From Eledone cirrhosa (Eukaryota): DNA of 64,000 bases. Below, piece by piece: positions 29,597 through 42,824 of the stretch (position 1 is the first letter of the stretch; the number at the start of each line of letters is the position of its first letter). The notes below the pieces were generated by a model, which saw nothing but the letters and a program-made list of their open reading frames with translations, was not told the origin of the DNA and did no database searches. A program made the position numbers and the translations under genes. Location: assembly GCA_964016885.1 (NCBI GenBank), contig CAXHJY010000040.1:1-64000 (forward strand). The letters run 5' to 3'.

Positions 29597-30596
29597 CTTG
29601 TATGTATATATATATATATATATAGGCTTGTATGTATATATATATATAGGTATTTATGTGTGTTCGTTTATGTGTAAATGCGTGTGCATGCGTATGTAAG
29701 CGTGTATATATGCATGTGAGTGTGTATGCGACTATGTGCATGTGAGTGCGTATGTTTGTACGAATCTATGTGTACGAACGTATGTATATGTTTGTTAGTA
29801 AGTGTATGTGTGTGTGTGTGTGTGTGTATGCATAAATATATGTATGTCTGTAGGCGTGTGTGGAATGGGAAAAAATCGGTTTAGAGAATCAATATATATA
29901 TTCTATGAACTGAGCGAAAGAACGCACTTGTGTGTGTTGAGAGAGAGAGATGGTGTGTTAGAGAGAGAGAGAGAGAGATGGTGTGTTAGAGAGAGAGAGA
30001 GAGAGAGATGGTGTGTTAGAGAGAGAGAGAGAGAGAGATGGTGTGTTAGAGAGAGAGAGAGAGATGGTGTGTTAGAGAGAGAGAGAGAGAGAGAGATGGT
30101 GTGTTAGAGAGAGAGAGAGAGATGGTGTGTTAGAGAGAGATGGTGTGTAAGAGAGAGAGAGAGAGGGTGTGTGTGTGCGCGCGTGTGAGAGAAAGAGAGA
30201 GTGAGCGTATGTGAGAGAAGAGAGACAGAGAACGTGAGAGAGAGAGAGAGACAGAGAACGAGAGAGAGAGAGATAGAGAACGAGAGAGAGAGAGAGACAG
30301 AGCGCGAGAGAGACAGAGCGCGAGAGAGACAGAGAACGAGAGAGAGAGAGACAGAGCGCGAGAGAGAGAGCGCAAGAGAGGGTGAGTATGTGTGTGTGTG
30401 AGAGAGAGACAAAGTGTGTGAAAGGAAGGGTGAGTCTATGAGAGGGAGAAAGAGAGAGAGTGTGTGTGTTTGTATGAGAGAGGGAAAGAGAGAGAGAGAG
30501 AGAGTGTATGTGTGTGCGTATGTGTACAACTGTGCGCTTATGTATGCGATGTATATGTTAAAGTATTTGTCGTATATGTATATGAACGTGCGCATG

Positions 30597-30628
<32 letters not shown>

Positions 30629-31000
30629 TGTATGTATGTATGTATGTATGTATGTATGTATGTATGTATGTGTGTATGTATGTGTGTGTGTTAAAAGATC
30701 GATTAGGTTACACTGTATCTAGAACTTCGATAGGCTAAACCAATCTATAATATAATTCGATAATGAGTAGCAAGTGTTTTTTTTTTCCCTTTTGTCTTAT
30801 GTTTTATTTTCCACCCCCTCCTTTTGAAAAATTCCTGCTTTTATGTGATACATATGACAAGGGTAATCCTACATCTTAAGATCACACAATTTCCGGTAAT
30901 TTCCGTCAGTGAAAAAAGACAATTTTTAATTTAATTTAATTTAATTTAAATTAAATTAAATTAACATATTTTTGATCTCTACCCTCGAAAATACAGGCAG

Positions 31001-31156
31001 CGAATTGGCAGAGTCGTTAGAACGTCGGATAGAATGCCTTATGATATTTGTTCCGTCTTTCAGCTCCCTGAGTTCAAATCCCGCCGAGGTAAACTTTGCC
31101 TCTGCCTTTCATTCTTTCGAGGTCGATAAAAAAGGTACCAGTTTAGTACTGGGGTC
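31001..31156 (+). mobile_element. SINE family G, diverged
   Basis: TTGGCAGAGTCGTTAG A-box, GAGTTCAAATCCCGCCGAGG B-box, GCCTTTCATTCTTTCGAGGTCGATAAAA. Confidence 0.8.
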
Positions 31157-31814
31157 GCTTCTTCCTCTATATATCTTTCTCATTTCCTATATATATCTCT
31201 CTCTCTCTCTCACACTTTCTATCTTTCTCTGGAAGATAATCTGCTGGAGAGGGATGGGCTCCACCAGGGTTAAAAGGTGCTCCAAAAAAACGCCCTATGT
31301 CAATACAGCACCCCTACGACTCTATCAGGAGTTGCGGGGCCATACATACCCTCAGAAATACACACATCTCTGCTAAATCCGGGTTATTAAACTTTTCCTT
31401 GCCATAATGAAAGACGTAGCCTTGTGATTTTCCTATCATTTTCAAGACAATTAAGAATTTGGAGCGATTTAATAAACAATATAAGCAACGTTCTGTTTTC
31501 TTTTTTAGCTGGCGTTTGGAACATAACTTAACAATGGTTCTTACATCAAATTTATGATGGAATGTTTTTTAGATATAAATAAACACTTTAAAAAATACAG
31601 TTTAATATTTATTATAGAACCAGAGCGGTTTAGAGGTTCCTGGTAATTTTGTATAAACACGATTAAGGTTATGCCGAAAAAACGAATCAAGCTACCCCAA
31701 TTGCCCTCTCTATTAATTTCCCTAAGTTAATTATATATATATGCTTGGTGGTCACCGATCTGTCCAGCTCGTTTGTCTACCAGCATATCATGAACACATT
31801 ATGCATCTCGTATG

Positions 31815-31892
31815 TATTTTGTCTGAAGAGGACATGATTTGCTTTATGTTAAATATAAAACTTTACATCTTCGAAATATATATAATGAAATA
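31815..31892 (+). ncRNA. Minimal type I hammerhead ribozyme motif (family D, diverged)
   Basis: UAUUUUGU-CUGAAGA(31823-31829)-imperfect stem II GGACAUG/CAUCUUC-GAAA(31873)-UAUAUAUA-AUGAAAUA. Confidence 0.65.
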
Positions 31893-32047
31893 AATAGAGA
31901 TGTTATAAAGTATATATCTTTTATTACTATTTATTACGCTTGAGGGTGGCCGACCGGGGTAGAAGCTGCTAAATGTTCGGTCGCCCTCGTGTCTCTGATT
32001 TTCAGCCCCTTGGATTTTGTCTATTATATTCCTTTGTTATATTTCGA

Positions 32048-32111
32048 ATACCTGATGATGTCACCGGATTCATACTGAACCCGGTCATTGAAATGACCAT
32101 AGTATAATAAA
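32048..32111 (+). ncRNA. Minimal type I hammerhead ribozyme motif followed by AATAAA
   Basis: AUAC-CUGAUGA(32052)-stem II ACCGG.UUCA/UGAA.CCGGU-GAAA(32090)-UGACCAUA-GUAU; predicted AUA site ending at 32101. Confidence 0.65.
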
Positions 32112-32163
32112 TCTTTTAAGGAATTACACCAGTCCAACCTCCTGTTATTTTATAATATATATA

Positions 32164-32258
<95 letters not shown>

Positions 32259-32439
32259 CGGGGCGAGGTGGACTAATCGTCAGGTCGAACCAAGGTAAAG
32301 GAAATAATGCTCCCATTCGTTTTTCTATTACAGAAATTGTCTACCGGACGAGGTTCTTGGCAGAACCAACATAAAACAAAGTATTTTGCTAAAAAGGAAA
32401 AAAGAAAAAAAAAAAAAAAAAAAAGAACCCGCCGGCAGC

Positions 32440-32500
32440 TCTAGGAATCGAACTCACAGGTTTATGATCGTGAGCGCAATACCGTAACCACTAAGCCATC
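32440..32500 (-). mobile_element. tRNA-like SINE head
   Basis: Reverse complement TGGCTTAGTGGTTA..GAGTTCGATTCC. Confidence 0.7.
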
Positions 32501-32956
32501 ATAAGTTATCTGTGATATTAAAATGAAATGTTTAGACCAGAGAGAAATTTTAACACCAACATTTCATAAGGACACACACACATGCACACACACATGCACA
32601 CACACACAATTCCTACGTGCTAGAAATAGCAACCCAGCTTAAACCCCTTAAATTATATACACACCTACAATTTATTTTCATCGTGAAAGAAGGCTATCAT
32701 TAACTAATACAACATCTTTAGCCTGAAGAATGAAAAAAAAAAAAAAAGACCAACCCTTCCTTAAATAGAGAGTGATTACAAATGGAATAAGGTTAACCTC
32801 GAGCTAAACAACAACAATAACAGCAGCAACAATCAACACAGAGGTCTGTGAAGACCTGTGATCCAGCAGTTAGGCCGTAAGTTCAAATCCTTGACTAGGC
32901 GACGGCACATAGCGGCTGTGTCCGCGCGTGTGTGTGTGTGGGGGGGGGGGGGGTCC

Positions 32957-33127
32957 CGGGTTCTATCGGGGGCAACCACAGTAAGTAAGGTACGCAATAC
33001 ATAGTAGAGTATATACAATGTTTAATATAGAAATGTCTTCTACAGCACTAGAAACGTTTTCATTCGAAAGAAATCACCAGGAAATCAACAGTTCTACTCC
33101 TGTAGAAGCTATTTCTATATTAAACAT
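32957..33127 (-). mobile_element. Family B fold-back element with decayed HHR
   Basis: Tail AACCACAGTAAGTAAGGTAC; arms ATGTTTAATATAGAAAT..CTTCTACAG / CTGTAGAAG..ATTTCTATATTAAACAT; minus-strand core CTGGTGA..GAAA. Confidence 0.75.
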
Positions 33128-33335
33128 ATATATATATATTTTAATGCGATGAAATACTAATGATGGTTGGAAAATCACTGACGAAGGACTATTTTTATCA
33201 TATGTAACCCATGTGCAACCACGCAGTATTCTTCTTTCTTCTCATGTTTTTTATATATATCCGGGAGCTGCCAACAGAAATGGTCGCATTCTTTAAGGGT
33301 ATGTCAATATTTATTTATAAAACTGCTCTATATTA

Positions 33336-33400
33336 TATTTTATCTGATGAAAGCACACCATAATTTAACTTGGTGTCCTTGAAATATGTATAATGAAATA
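33336..33400 (+). ncRNA. Minimal type I hammerhead ribozyme (family D), intact core
   Basis: Stem I UAUUUUAU/AUGAAAUA (8 bp); CUGAUGA 33344-33350; stem II AAGcACACCA/UGGUGUcCUU (9 of 10 pairs); GAAA 33381; stem III AUAUGUAU; predicted AUA site ending at 33392. Confidence 0.8.
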
Positions 33401-33536
33401 AATATGGTTTTATAAATATAGTTTCCATTTGTTAATATATCGTATTATATATATATATATATATATATGTAGGAGGTGAGTTTTATTGTAGTACAATAAA
33501 GCAATGCAGATATCGGATAAGAAGCACTCTACAGCA

Positions 33537-33568
<32 letters not shown>

Positions 33569-34240
33569 CGCCTCTTCATAGGAATAACACTTTTTATTTT
33601 CCTATCGTTACTACTATTAAGTACTAATACTACTACTAAGAGTAGTAGTAGAGATAGTAACATCAGTAGTAGTAGTAGTACTAGTAGTAGTAGTAGTAGT
33701 AGTAGTAGTGCTGGTGGTAGAGGTAGTAGTGGTGCTGATATATAGTAGAAATAGTAGTAGAGGCGTTAGTGAATAAAATAATAGTTGTGATGATAGCAGC
33801 GTTCGCGATAGTAGTAGTAGTAGTAGTAGTAGCAGCAGCAGCAGCGATAATAGCAGTAGTAGTAGTAGTAGCAGCAACAGTCGTAGTAGTAGAGATAGTA
33901 AGATCAGTAGTAGTAGTAGTAGTAGTAGTAGCAGCAACAGTCGTAGTAGTCATAGTAGTCGTAGTAGAGATAGTAAGATCAGTAGTAGTAGTAGTAGTAC
34001 AAGCAGTGGTAGTAGTAGTAGTAGTAGTAGCAGCAGCAGCAGCAACAGTCGTAGTAGTCATAGTAGTCGTAGTAGAGATAGTAAGATCAGTAGTAGTAGT
34101 AGTAGTACAAGCAGTGGTAGTAGTAGTAGTAGTAGTAGTAGTAGTGCACTTGATCAGATGCAACAAAACGACATGTGTGCACATACAGCTGCACATTTAA
34201 TAACTGAATATAAAACACCACCTACTTAGTGATGGGGCTG

Positions 34241-35082
34241 AGGGTGGTGGTGATGGTGGTGGTGGTGGTGGTGGTGGTGGTGGTGGTGGTGATGGCGGTG
34301 GTGGTGGTGGTGGTGGTGATGATAGTGGTGGTGGTGATGATAGTGGTGGTGGTGGTGATGATAGTGGTGGTGGTGATGATGATAGTGGTGGTGGTGATGA
34401 TGATAGTGGTGGTGGTGGTGATGATAGTGGTGGTGGTGATGATGATAGTGGTGGTGGTGATGATGATGGTGGTGGTGGTGATGATGATGGTGGTGGTGGT
34501 GATGATGATAGTGGTGGTGGTGATGATGATAGTGGTGGTGGTGATGATGATAGTGGTGGTGGTGATGATGATGGTGGTGGTGGTGATGATGATAGTGGTG
34601 GTGGTGATGATGATAGTGGTGGTGGTGATGATGATAGTGGTGGTGGTGATGATCATAGTGGTGGTGGTGGTGATGATAGTGGTGGTGGTGATGATCATAG
34701 TGGTGGTGGTGGTGATGATAGTGGTGGTGGTGGTGATCATAGTGGTGGTGGTGGTGATCATAGTGGTGGTGGTGGTGGTGATGATCATAGTGGTGGTGGT
34801 GGTGATGATAGTGGTGGTGGTGATGATCATAGTGGTGGTGGTGGTGATGATAGTGGTGGTGGTGATGATCATAGTGGTGGTGGTGGTGATGATAGTGGTG
34901 GTGGTGGTGATCATAGTGGTGGTGGTGATGATGATAGTGGTGGTGGTGATGATCATAGTGGTGGTGGTGGTGATGATAGTGGTGGTGGTGATGATCATAG
35001 TGGTGGTGGTGGTGATGATAGTGGTGGTGGTGATGATCATAGTGGTGGTGGTGGTGATGATAGTGGTGGTGGTGGTGATGAT
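34241..35082. repeat. Trinucleotide-derived minisatellite of about 21 bp (GTG/ATG/ATA)
   Basis: Read directly; explains the poly-His/Thr/Val ORFs. Confidence 0.9.
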
Positions 35083-35409
35083 CACGCGTGATCACGATGA
35101 TGATGATGATGGAATTTCAGTTTTTAATACATTAAAACAAATGAATGTGTGTGTGTGTATGTGTATGAATGTGTGTGTGTGTATGTGAATGTGAATGTGT
35201 GTATGTGTGTGTGTGTTGCGGGTTGAAAGAAGGTACTGTATGTATGTTGAAGAGAGAGAGAGAGAGAGAGAGTACGTGTGTGTGTGAACCAACTGATCGA
35301 TCGCACTAATGTATGTGTGTGTGAGAGAGAAAGATAGATAGAGAGAGAGAGAGAGAAAGAAAGGGCATGTGTATGTATACACACACACATACAGATATAT
35401 ATATATATA

Positions 35410-35445
<36 letters not shown>

Positions 35446-35447
35446 TA

Positions 35448-35479
<32 letters not shown>

Positions 35480-35481
<2 letters not shown>

Positions 35482-35671
35482 ACGAAGGAGTTGTGGTAAG
35501 GAACCAGATGGACCATAACGTGGCAGAGTACTCAATACTTAGGGTAGTAAGAGGGTAATAGGAAAATGTATGACCCCGACGGCAGAGCTCAAGCCGTTTT
35601 CAACGGCTATTTCTGGACTGAAATAGCCGTCAAAACGGCTTGAGCTCTGCCGTCGGGGTCATACATTTTCC
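35480..35671 (-). mobile_element. Family C fold-back element
   Basis: Tail plus inverted arms GGAAAATGTATGACCCCGACGGCAGAGCTCAAGCCG / CGGCTTGAGCTCTGCCGTCGGGGTCATACATTTTCC, then (TA)n. Confidence 0.85.
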
Positions 35672-36022
35672 TATATATATATATATAGTCAATATAAGAG
35701 ACCATACGATATATAACAGTCTATATGATCGATCGATCGATCGATCGATCAATCAAAGTGCGTGTCTGCTTGTTGAGTATGTGAACACACACACATACAC
35801 ACAGACACATACACACACACACAGCCAACGAGTACTTGTGTGTATGTGTGCGCTGTGCATCAGTATGCTTATGTACGCATTTGAAAGTGTATATCTGTGT
35901 GTGTGGGGGGGGGGGGGGGTTTAATCAAATATAAATGTGTTGTAATGTGTGTGTAAGATTGTATATGACATCCTTTATGAGTATGTGCGCGTGTGTGCAA
36001 TATTCTCACGGCGTGTGTATAC

Positions 36023-36080
<58 letters not shown>

Positions 36081-36325
36081 TATATATGACAATAAAATCA
36101 TGTATTTTTATATGCAAGATTGGAAACGAGAGAATTATTCAGCGCGTCTCTCTCTATATATATGTATGTGTATATACATTGTATGTGTATATACATTGTA
36201 TGTGTATATACATTGTATGTGTATATACATTGTATGTGTATATATATATTTTATATGACAATAAAATCATGTATGTATGTAAAATTGGAAACGAGAGAAT
36301 TAATCAGCCTCTCTCTCTTTCTGTC

Positions 36326-36371
<46 letters not shown>

Positions 36372-37018
36372 CACAAAACAAAACGACAGTTTGTGTGTGT
36401 GTGTATGTGTGTAAAATATATACAATACAAAACAAAACTATGGTACACGCGCGTGCTCGTGTGTGTGTATATATATGCGTGTGTGTGTGTGTGTATGTGT
36501 GAAAAATCGATTAAAATCATTAAACCATTCACGGTAATTTTATGTCATATAGATATGTATGTATATGTATTTAAATGCGCGTGTATATAAATATATGCGT
36601 GTGTAGAGGGCGTAATTTACAGAGTGAGGGAAAGCAATCATTTTAACTGAACCATCAAAAGATAGAGAGATCGTGTGTGTGTGTGTGTGTGTGTGTGCGT
36701 ACGTGTACGTGTGTGTGTGTGTTTACGCAGCTATATGAACATAGACACAAAACATATACATGCGTATATATATACCCACACAGTGTCCCCAAAAATGAAT
36801 ACACAAAAACTGTGCAATTTAAATAAATATTGCCCCTATAGGCAATCAAAGTGTATATACATTTTTTTTTTGGGGGGGGGGGGGCACCCGGTGTGTATAT
36901 ATATATATAGATATATAAAATAGCTATATACAACACATAGATCCGTCTTCTTTCCTTTACCTTTTCTACGAGAATACTTAAAATATATATATATGTGTAT
37001 GTGTGTGTGTGTGTATGT

Positions 37019-37160
37019 CGGGTTCAATCGGTGCTAACCACAGTAAATAAGGTACTCAATACATTAGTAGAGTGTAAACATCGTGTTTCACATAGAAATG
37101 GCTTTCCTGATGATTCCTTTTGCACGAAACCGCTCTAGTCCTGTAGAAGTCATTTCTATA
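37019..37160. mobile_element. Family B element with plus-strand HHR core
   Basis: Inverted tail, then GAAAUGGCUUUC-CUGAUGA(37107)..GAAA(37126)-CCGCUCUAGUCCUGUA-GAAGUCAUUUC; stem II is decayed. Confidence 0.7.
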
Positions 37161-37203
37161 GTATATTATGTATATAGATGTCTATTATGTATATATAGAT
37201 GTC

Positions 37204-37236
<33 letters not shown>

Positions 37237-37258
37237 CGTGTGTGCGTGTGCGTGTGTG

Positions 37259-37397
<139 letters not shown>

Positions 37398-37417
37398 GTG
37401 TGTGTGTGTGTGTGTGT

Positions 37418-37772
37418 GGAGGCACATGGCTTAGTGGTTAGAGCATTGGCCTTGCAATCGAAAGGTTGTGAGTTCAATTCTCAGCAGACCGGGTGATGTG
37501 TTGTTTCCTTGAGCAAGACACTTTATTTCACATAGCTCCAGTTTACTCAGCTGTAGAAATGAGATGATAGGGACTGGGGTCCCTAACATTCCACTGCAAA
37601 GTGGTCGTGGAGGTGACACGGAAAAAAAGCACCCAGCACTCACTGTAAATGAGGTTGGTGTTAGGAAGGGCATCCAGCTGTAGAAATCAAGCCAGCATCA
37701 GTTTCCGTCCCACCCTTGCAAGAAGGGAAAAGCGGACGTAAAATGAAATGATGATGATGAAGATGATGATGA
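37418..37772 (+). mobile_element. tRNA-derived SINE (family F head) with LINE-like 3' end and (GAT)n tail
   Basis: A-box TGGCTTAGTGG 37427, B-box GAGTTCAATTC 37470, TCCTTGAGCAAGACACTT; the 3' part GAAGGGCATCCAGC is also at about 10507. Confidence 0.75.
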
Positions 37773-37851
37773 TATATATAATTGGTATTGGATGCTTAAA
37801 GCGTCCATATGCGGTAGGCCGTATGAGCACTTGATGCTCTCGTAGAGTATG

Positions 37852-38169
37852 ATATCACAGAAAAGAGGAGAATCAGTGTTGCGACGAAAGGAATCTATTG
37901 GACATATTACAATTGTTTCTCGGGCGACCAACTCGAGGCACGATCGATGTGGTGATCAAACCTGACTCTGAAAATCGCGCGGTCCTCGGATACGATTCTA
38001 CGAAGCAGAGAAAATCTGCTTCGTAGAATCGAAACGTATCCGACGACCGCGCGATTTCAGAGTCAGGTTTGATCACCACATCGATCGTGCCTCGAGCTGG
38101 TCGCCCGAGAAACAATTGTAATATGTCCAATAAATTCCTTTTCGTCGCAACACTGATTCTATTTTTTCT

Positions 38170-38176
<7 letters not shown>
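37852..38176. mobile_element. About 325-bp near-perfect palindrome (fold-back element)
   Basis: Arms of about 160 bp, ATATCACAGAAAA..CGATTCTACGAAGCAGA / TCTGCTTCGTAGAATCG..TTTTCTGTGATAT, loop GAAAA 38010-38014; right end runs into (TA)n. Confidence 0.9.
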
Positions 38177-38215
<39 letters not shown>

Positions 38216-38369
38216 AACATGCACAGAGAGAGAGGCGTGTAAAATCCCGACCGCGGCACCAAGCGGGTTCGGATTCTGTTTGTGTTCAGCAAGCCTTCAT
38301 ATATATATAGTCTCCTATGTTTTGTTCGTTAATTTCAACTATATATATGTGTGTGTGTCTATCCGCTTG

Positions 38370-38427
<58 letters not shown>

Positions 38428-38434
38428 AATATAC

Positions 38435-38465
<31 letters not shown>

Positions 38466-38533
38466 GACGTGTAAAACAACGACCGCGGCGCTAAGCGGTT
38501 TCGGCTTGTGTTCAGTAATCCCTTTTATCTATA

Positions 38534-38897
38534 CAGTGCATCTCCGCTTATCAGGATATCGCTTTTCCGAAATTCGATTTACCGGACGACTATTTCTATA
38601 CTACTATTTATTCATTTTTTACAAAAAGTACTAACTTTTTATGGTTTGACTCAATTCAGTTTTACCAAGTTTTTAGTTATTTTATGTTTGTTTAATTAAT
38701 TTTCTTATAAATTCTAGCTGTTCTTTTGTTATTCTAATAAACTTTCTCTACTTAGCATTTGTCTTTTATTTTGACTAAAAGAAGCCAAAACATTAGAAAT
38801 CACGAGCATTATGTAACAAAGGGATTTTAGAATTCACTTAACCGGATCTTTTTCTAACTGTTTGGTTTTGACCGTCCGGATAAGCGAAGATGCACTA
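38534..38897. mobile_element. pogo/Tigger-like MITE
   Basis: TIRs CAGTGCATCTCCGCTTATCAGGA / TCCGGATAAGCGAAGATGCACTA, flanked by TA on both sides; AT-rich non-coding interior. Confidence 0.8.
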
Positions 38898-38971
38898 TAT
38901 ATATATATTATATATCCATATATATTGCTATATATATATATATCCATATATATTGCTATATATATATATTG

Positions 38972-39006
<35 letters not shown>

Positions 39007-39147
39007 TAAAACACAATAGGTAGCCAACATCTAACAAAATGTAGGTAGAGATTTGTTAGTGTTTCATGAAAAATTCACGTCTGTCCTTCGAATGTACGAG
39101 GAAAACCTACAATTTCTCAGTCTAAGTAGAAATGCGTGTGTGCTCGC

Positions 39148-39191
<44 letters not shown>

Positions 39192-39469
39192 TTGCGTGTG
39201 TGTGTGTGTGTGTGATTGCGTGTGTGTGTGTGTGTGTGTGATTGCGTGTGTGCTTCTGTGTGTGTGCTTCTGTGTGTGTGCGAGAATGCGTATATGTTGC
39301 CGTGTCTGTGAATGTGTGTGTGAGAGAGAATACACACACACACGCATATATATATATATGTATAAACACACATACATACAAATATATCTACACACACATA
39401 TATATATATAGTTTCACACACACACACACATATATATATATATAGTTTCACACACACACACATACATAT

Positions 39470-39891
39470 ATACATAAATGTATATATACACATATATACA
39501 CACAAATATATCTATATATACATACAGATACACACACACATATATATAAATGTATATATACACATATATACACACAAATATATCTATATATACATACAGA
39601 TACACACACACATATATATAAATGTATATATACACATATATACACACACAAATATATCTATATATACATACAGATACACACACACATATATATAAATGTA
39701 TATATACACATATACACACAAATATATCTATATATACATACAGATACACACACACATACATATATAAATGTATATATACACATATATACACACAAATATA
39801 TCTATATATACATACAGATACACACACACATACATATATAAATGTATATATACACATATATACACACAAATATATCTATATATACATACAG

Positions 39892-39900
<9 letters not shown>
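39470..39900. repeat. About 72-bp microsatellite-derived tandem repeat
   Basis: AAATGTATATATACAC..AAATATATCTATATATACATACAGATAC recurs about 6 times. Confidence 0.8.
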
Positions 39901-39973
<73 letters not shown>

Positions 39974-40141
39974 GCAAACACACATATATATACATATGTA
40001 TATATATACACAGACTTAATTAAAAATCTAATTTGTTATAACACGGTGAACAAATGATGATGATGGTAGTAGCGGTGATAATGAGTGCTAGGTGGAGGAG
40101 GGGGGGGGCGTCATGATTGAGGGTGATGGTGAGGTGGCGAA

Positions 40142-40715
40142 GATGATGATGATGATGATGATGATGATCGTGATGGTAACGATGATGGTGATGGTTCATA
40201 ACGATGATGGTGATGATAATCCTAATGAAGATTGCGAGAGTCATGATGATGATGATGATGATGATGATGTTAATGATGAAAGTGATGATGATGATGATGA
40301 CGATGTTAATGATGAAAGTGATGATGATGATGATGATGTTAATGATGAAAGTGATGATGATGATGATGATGTTAATGATGAAAGTGATGATGATGATGAT
40401 GATGATGTTAATGATGATGATGATGATGTTAATGATGAAAGTGATGATGATGATGATGTTAATGATGAAAGTGATGATGATGATGACGATGTTGATGATG
40501 ATGATGATGGTGATTATAACCTCAAAATAAAGATTGCAGAGGGGTTATAAGGAGGGCGATGGTGATGGTGATAATAGCGATGATGATTATAGTGATGGTG
40601 ATGATGATGATGATGATGATGATGGTTATAACCTTAATAAAATAAAGATTGCAAGGGGTTATGCCCTTGATCACGATGATCATTATGATAATGATGATGA
40701 TGATGATGATGATTA
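40142..40715. repeat. (GAT)n tract with higher-order GTTAATGATGAAAGT units
   Basis: Read directly. Confidence 0.9.
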
Positions 40716-40842
40716 ATTAGATTTTAAGCCTTAAGCAACACCCACCACCTACCTCTACACAACCACCACCACCACCTACCTCTACACAACCACCACCGCC
40801 ACCTACAACTTAAATATATACAAAACCCCCACAAAAAAAAAA

Positions 40843-40877
<35 letters not shown>

Positions 40878-41699
40878 AACATCCATTAATAAAATAAGAT
40901 AAAACGAAATAGTTTTTAAAGTGGTCTTGTTGTTATGACACATCACGACATTGTAATACAGCGCCTCAAGCGGCAGGGAAACGAACCCACGACCCCGAGG
41001 GGAGACAAGAATGCGTTATTACCTCATCAAAACATATTCTTCCCTGCCTCGAACAACAGTAACAACAACAACAACAACTAAAACGACTAAAGCGGCAGTA
41101 GTAGTAATAGTAATAATGTAAATAGTAATATTAATGATGGTGGTGGTGGTAGTAGTAGTAATAGTGGTGGTAGTGGTAGTAGTAGTGGTGGTAGTGGTAG
41201 TAGTAGTAATAGTGGTGGTAGTGGTAGTAGTAGTGGTGGTAGTGGTAGTAGTAGTAATAGTGGTGGTAGTGGTAGTAGTAGTGGTGGTAGTGGTAGTAGT
41301 AGTAATAGTGGTGGTAGTGGTAGTAGTAGTAATAGTGGTGGTAGTGGTAGTAGTAGTAACAGTGGTGGTAGTGGTAGTAGTAGTAATAGTGGTGGTAGTG
41401 GTAGTAGTAGTAATAGTGGTGGTAGTGGTAGTAGTAGTAGTAATAGTGGTGGTAGTGGTAGCAGTAGTAGTGGTAATGGTAGAGTAGTAGTAATAGTAGT
41501 GGAGGTGGTAGTGGTAGTAGTAGTAGTGGTAATGGTAGAGTAGTAGTAATAGTAGTGGAGGTGGTGGTGGTAGTAGCAGCAGCAGTAGTAGTAACAGTAG
41601 TGATAGCAGTAGAAATAATAGTAGTACTAACAGTATTAGTAGTGATGGTGGTGGTAGTAGTAGTAGAGTTGGCAGTAGAAATAGATGAATAACTGTAGC

Positions 41700-41739
<40 letters not shown>

Positions 41740-41803
41740 CCATAAGCACCAGGCATTGGTACGCAATAGAAACTAAAGACGGTAACCCATGACTAATTCT
41801 AGT

Positions 41804-41835
<32 letters not shown>

Positions 41836-41840
41836 CAGCC

Positions 41841-42028
41841 GATCAACTTTCGTCAAATCGGACCGAAGAAACAATGTTTCCATTGATCTTTCCAATTGCT
41901 AATACTATCTATCGGTCGCAACTCCGGGTAGAAGTGAAATAAAATGTCTTACTGCTCGGTCCGGGAATCGAACTCTCAACCACTCGATTGCGAATTCACT
42001 TCTCTAACCACTTAGCTACACGCCTTCA
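41841..42028 (-). mobile_element. SINE family F
   Basis: Matches 10841-11054 with internal deletions. Confidence 0.85.
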
Positions 42029-42220
42029 TATATATATATATTTTATATATATATATATATACACACAAACATTCCGTCAGTGAAATTCCCCCAGGAACAT
42101 CTTAAAATATGTATAAATAGGTATTTCTTTGTAAATAAACAACACTTGGCAGACACGCTTAATTATTTTAGCTTGTAAACCTAGCTTATCAAATATATTA
42201 CACATAAACACGTATACATA

Positions 42221-42269
<49 letters not shown>

Positions 42270-42489
42270 CAGAGAGAGAGATAACTATTTAACACCCGCT
42301 TTTCTTGCTGGTAAGGGCTGCACGGGTCTTCATAGAGACAGAATTAGTACTAATGCGGGGGTTAGTGGTCTCCCATCTCTCTCTCTCTCTCTCTCTCTGT
42401 ATATACCATTCTTATGAATATTGCCTGAACAGGTAATAAAAGTGTGTATACATTGGGGGGGGGGGGGGGGCACCCTGAATGTGTGAGTA

Positions 42490-42528
<39 letters not shown>

Positions 42529-42629
42529 GAAAAGAGTCAGGCTAGATCTACTACCCTAAGTATCGAGTACTCTGGTGCGTTATTGTCCACCTGGTATCTT
42601 ACTACACTTTGTCTCTTTCGCTCTCCCTC

Positions 42630-42692
<63 letters not shown>

Positions 42693-42732
42693 GATATTAA
42701 ATAAATGGAAACTATATTTATAAAACCATATC

Positions 42733-42798
42733 TATTTCATTATATATATTTCAGGGATATCATATTAACAATATGCTATGCCTTCCTCAGACAAAATA
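42733..42798 (-). ncRNA. Minimal type I hammerhead ribozyme (family D variant)
   Basis: Reverse complement: UAUUUUGU-CUGAGGA-AGGcAUAgCAUAUU guu AAUAUGaUAUcCCU-GAAA-UAUAUAUA-AUGAAAUA. Confidence 0.75.
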
Positions 42799-42824
42799 CA
42801 ATATAGACAGTTTTATAGATAAAT

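Noticed and set aside
34222-35188. Poly-His, poly-Thr and poly-Val ORFs
   Set aside because: Trinucleotide repeats open in several frames on both strands, with no unique coding flank
37418-37485. Genuine tRNA gene
   Set aside because: A and B boxes are present, but there is no convincing acceptor stem and the sequence continues into a SINE body
40092-40550. Asp-rich ORF resembling acidic shell-matrix proteins
   Set aside because: A (GAT)n microsatellite that is also open as poly-Met; no signal peptide or splice evidence
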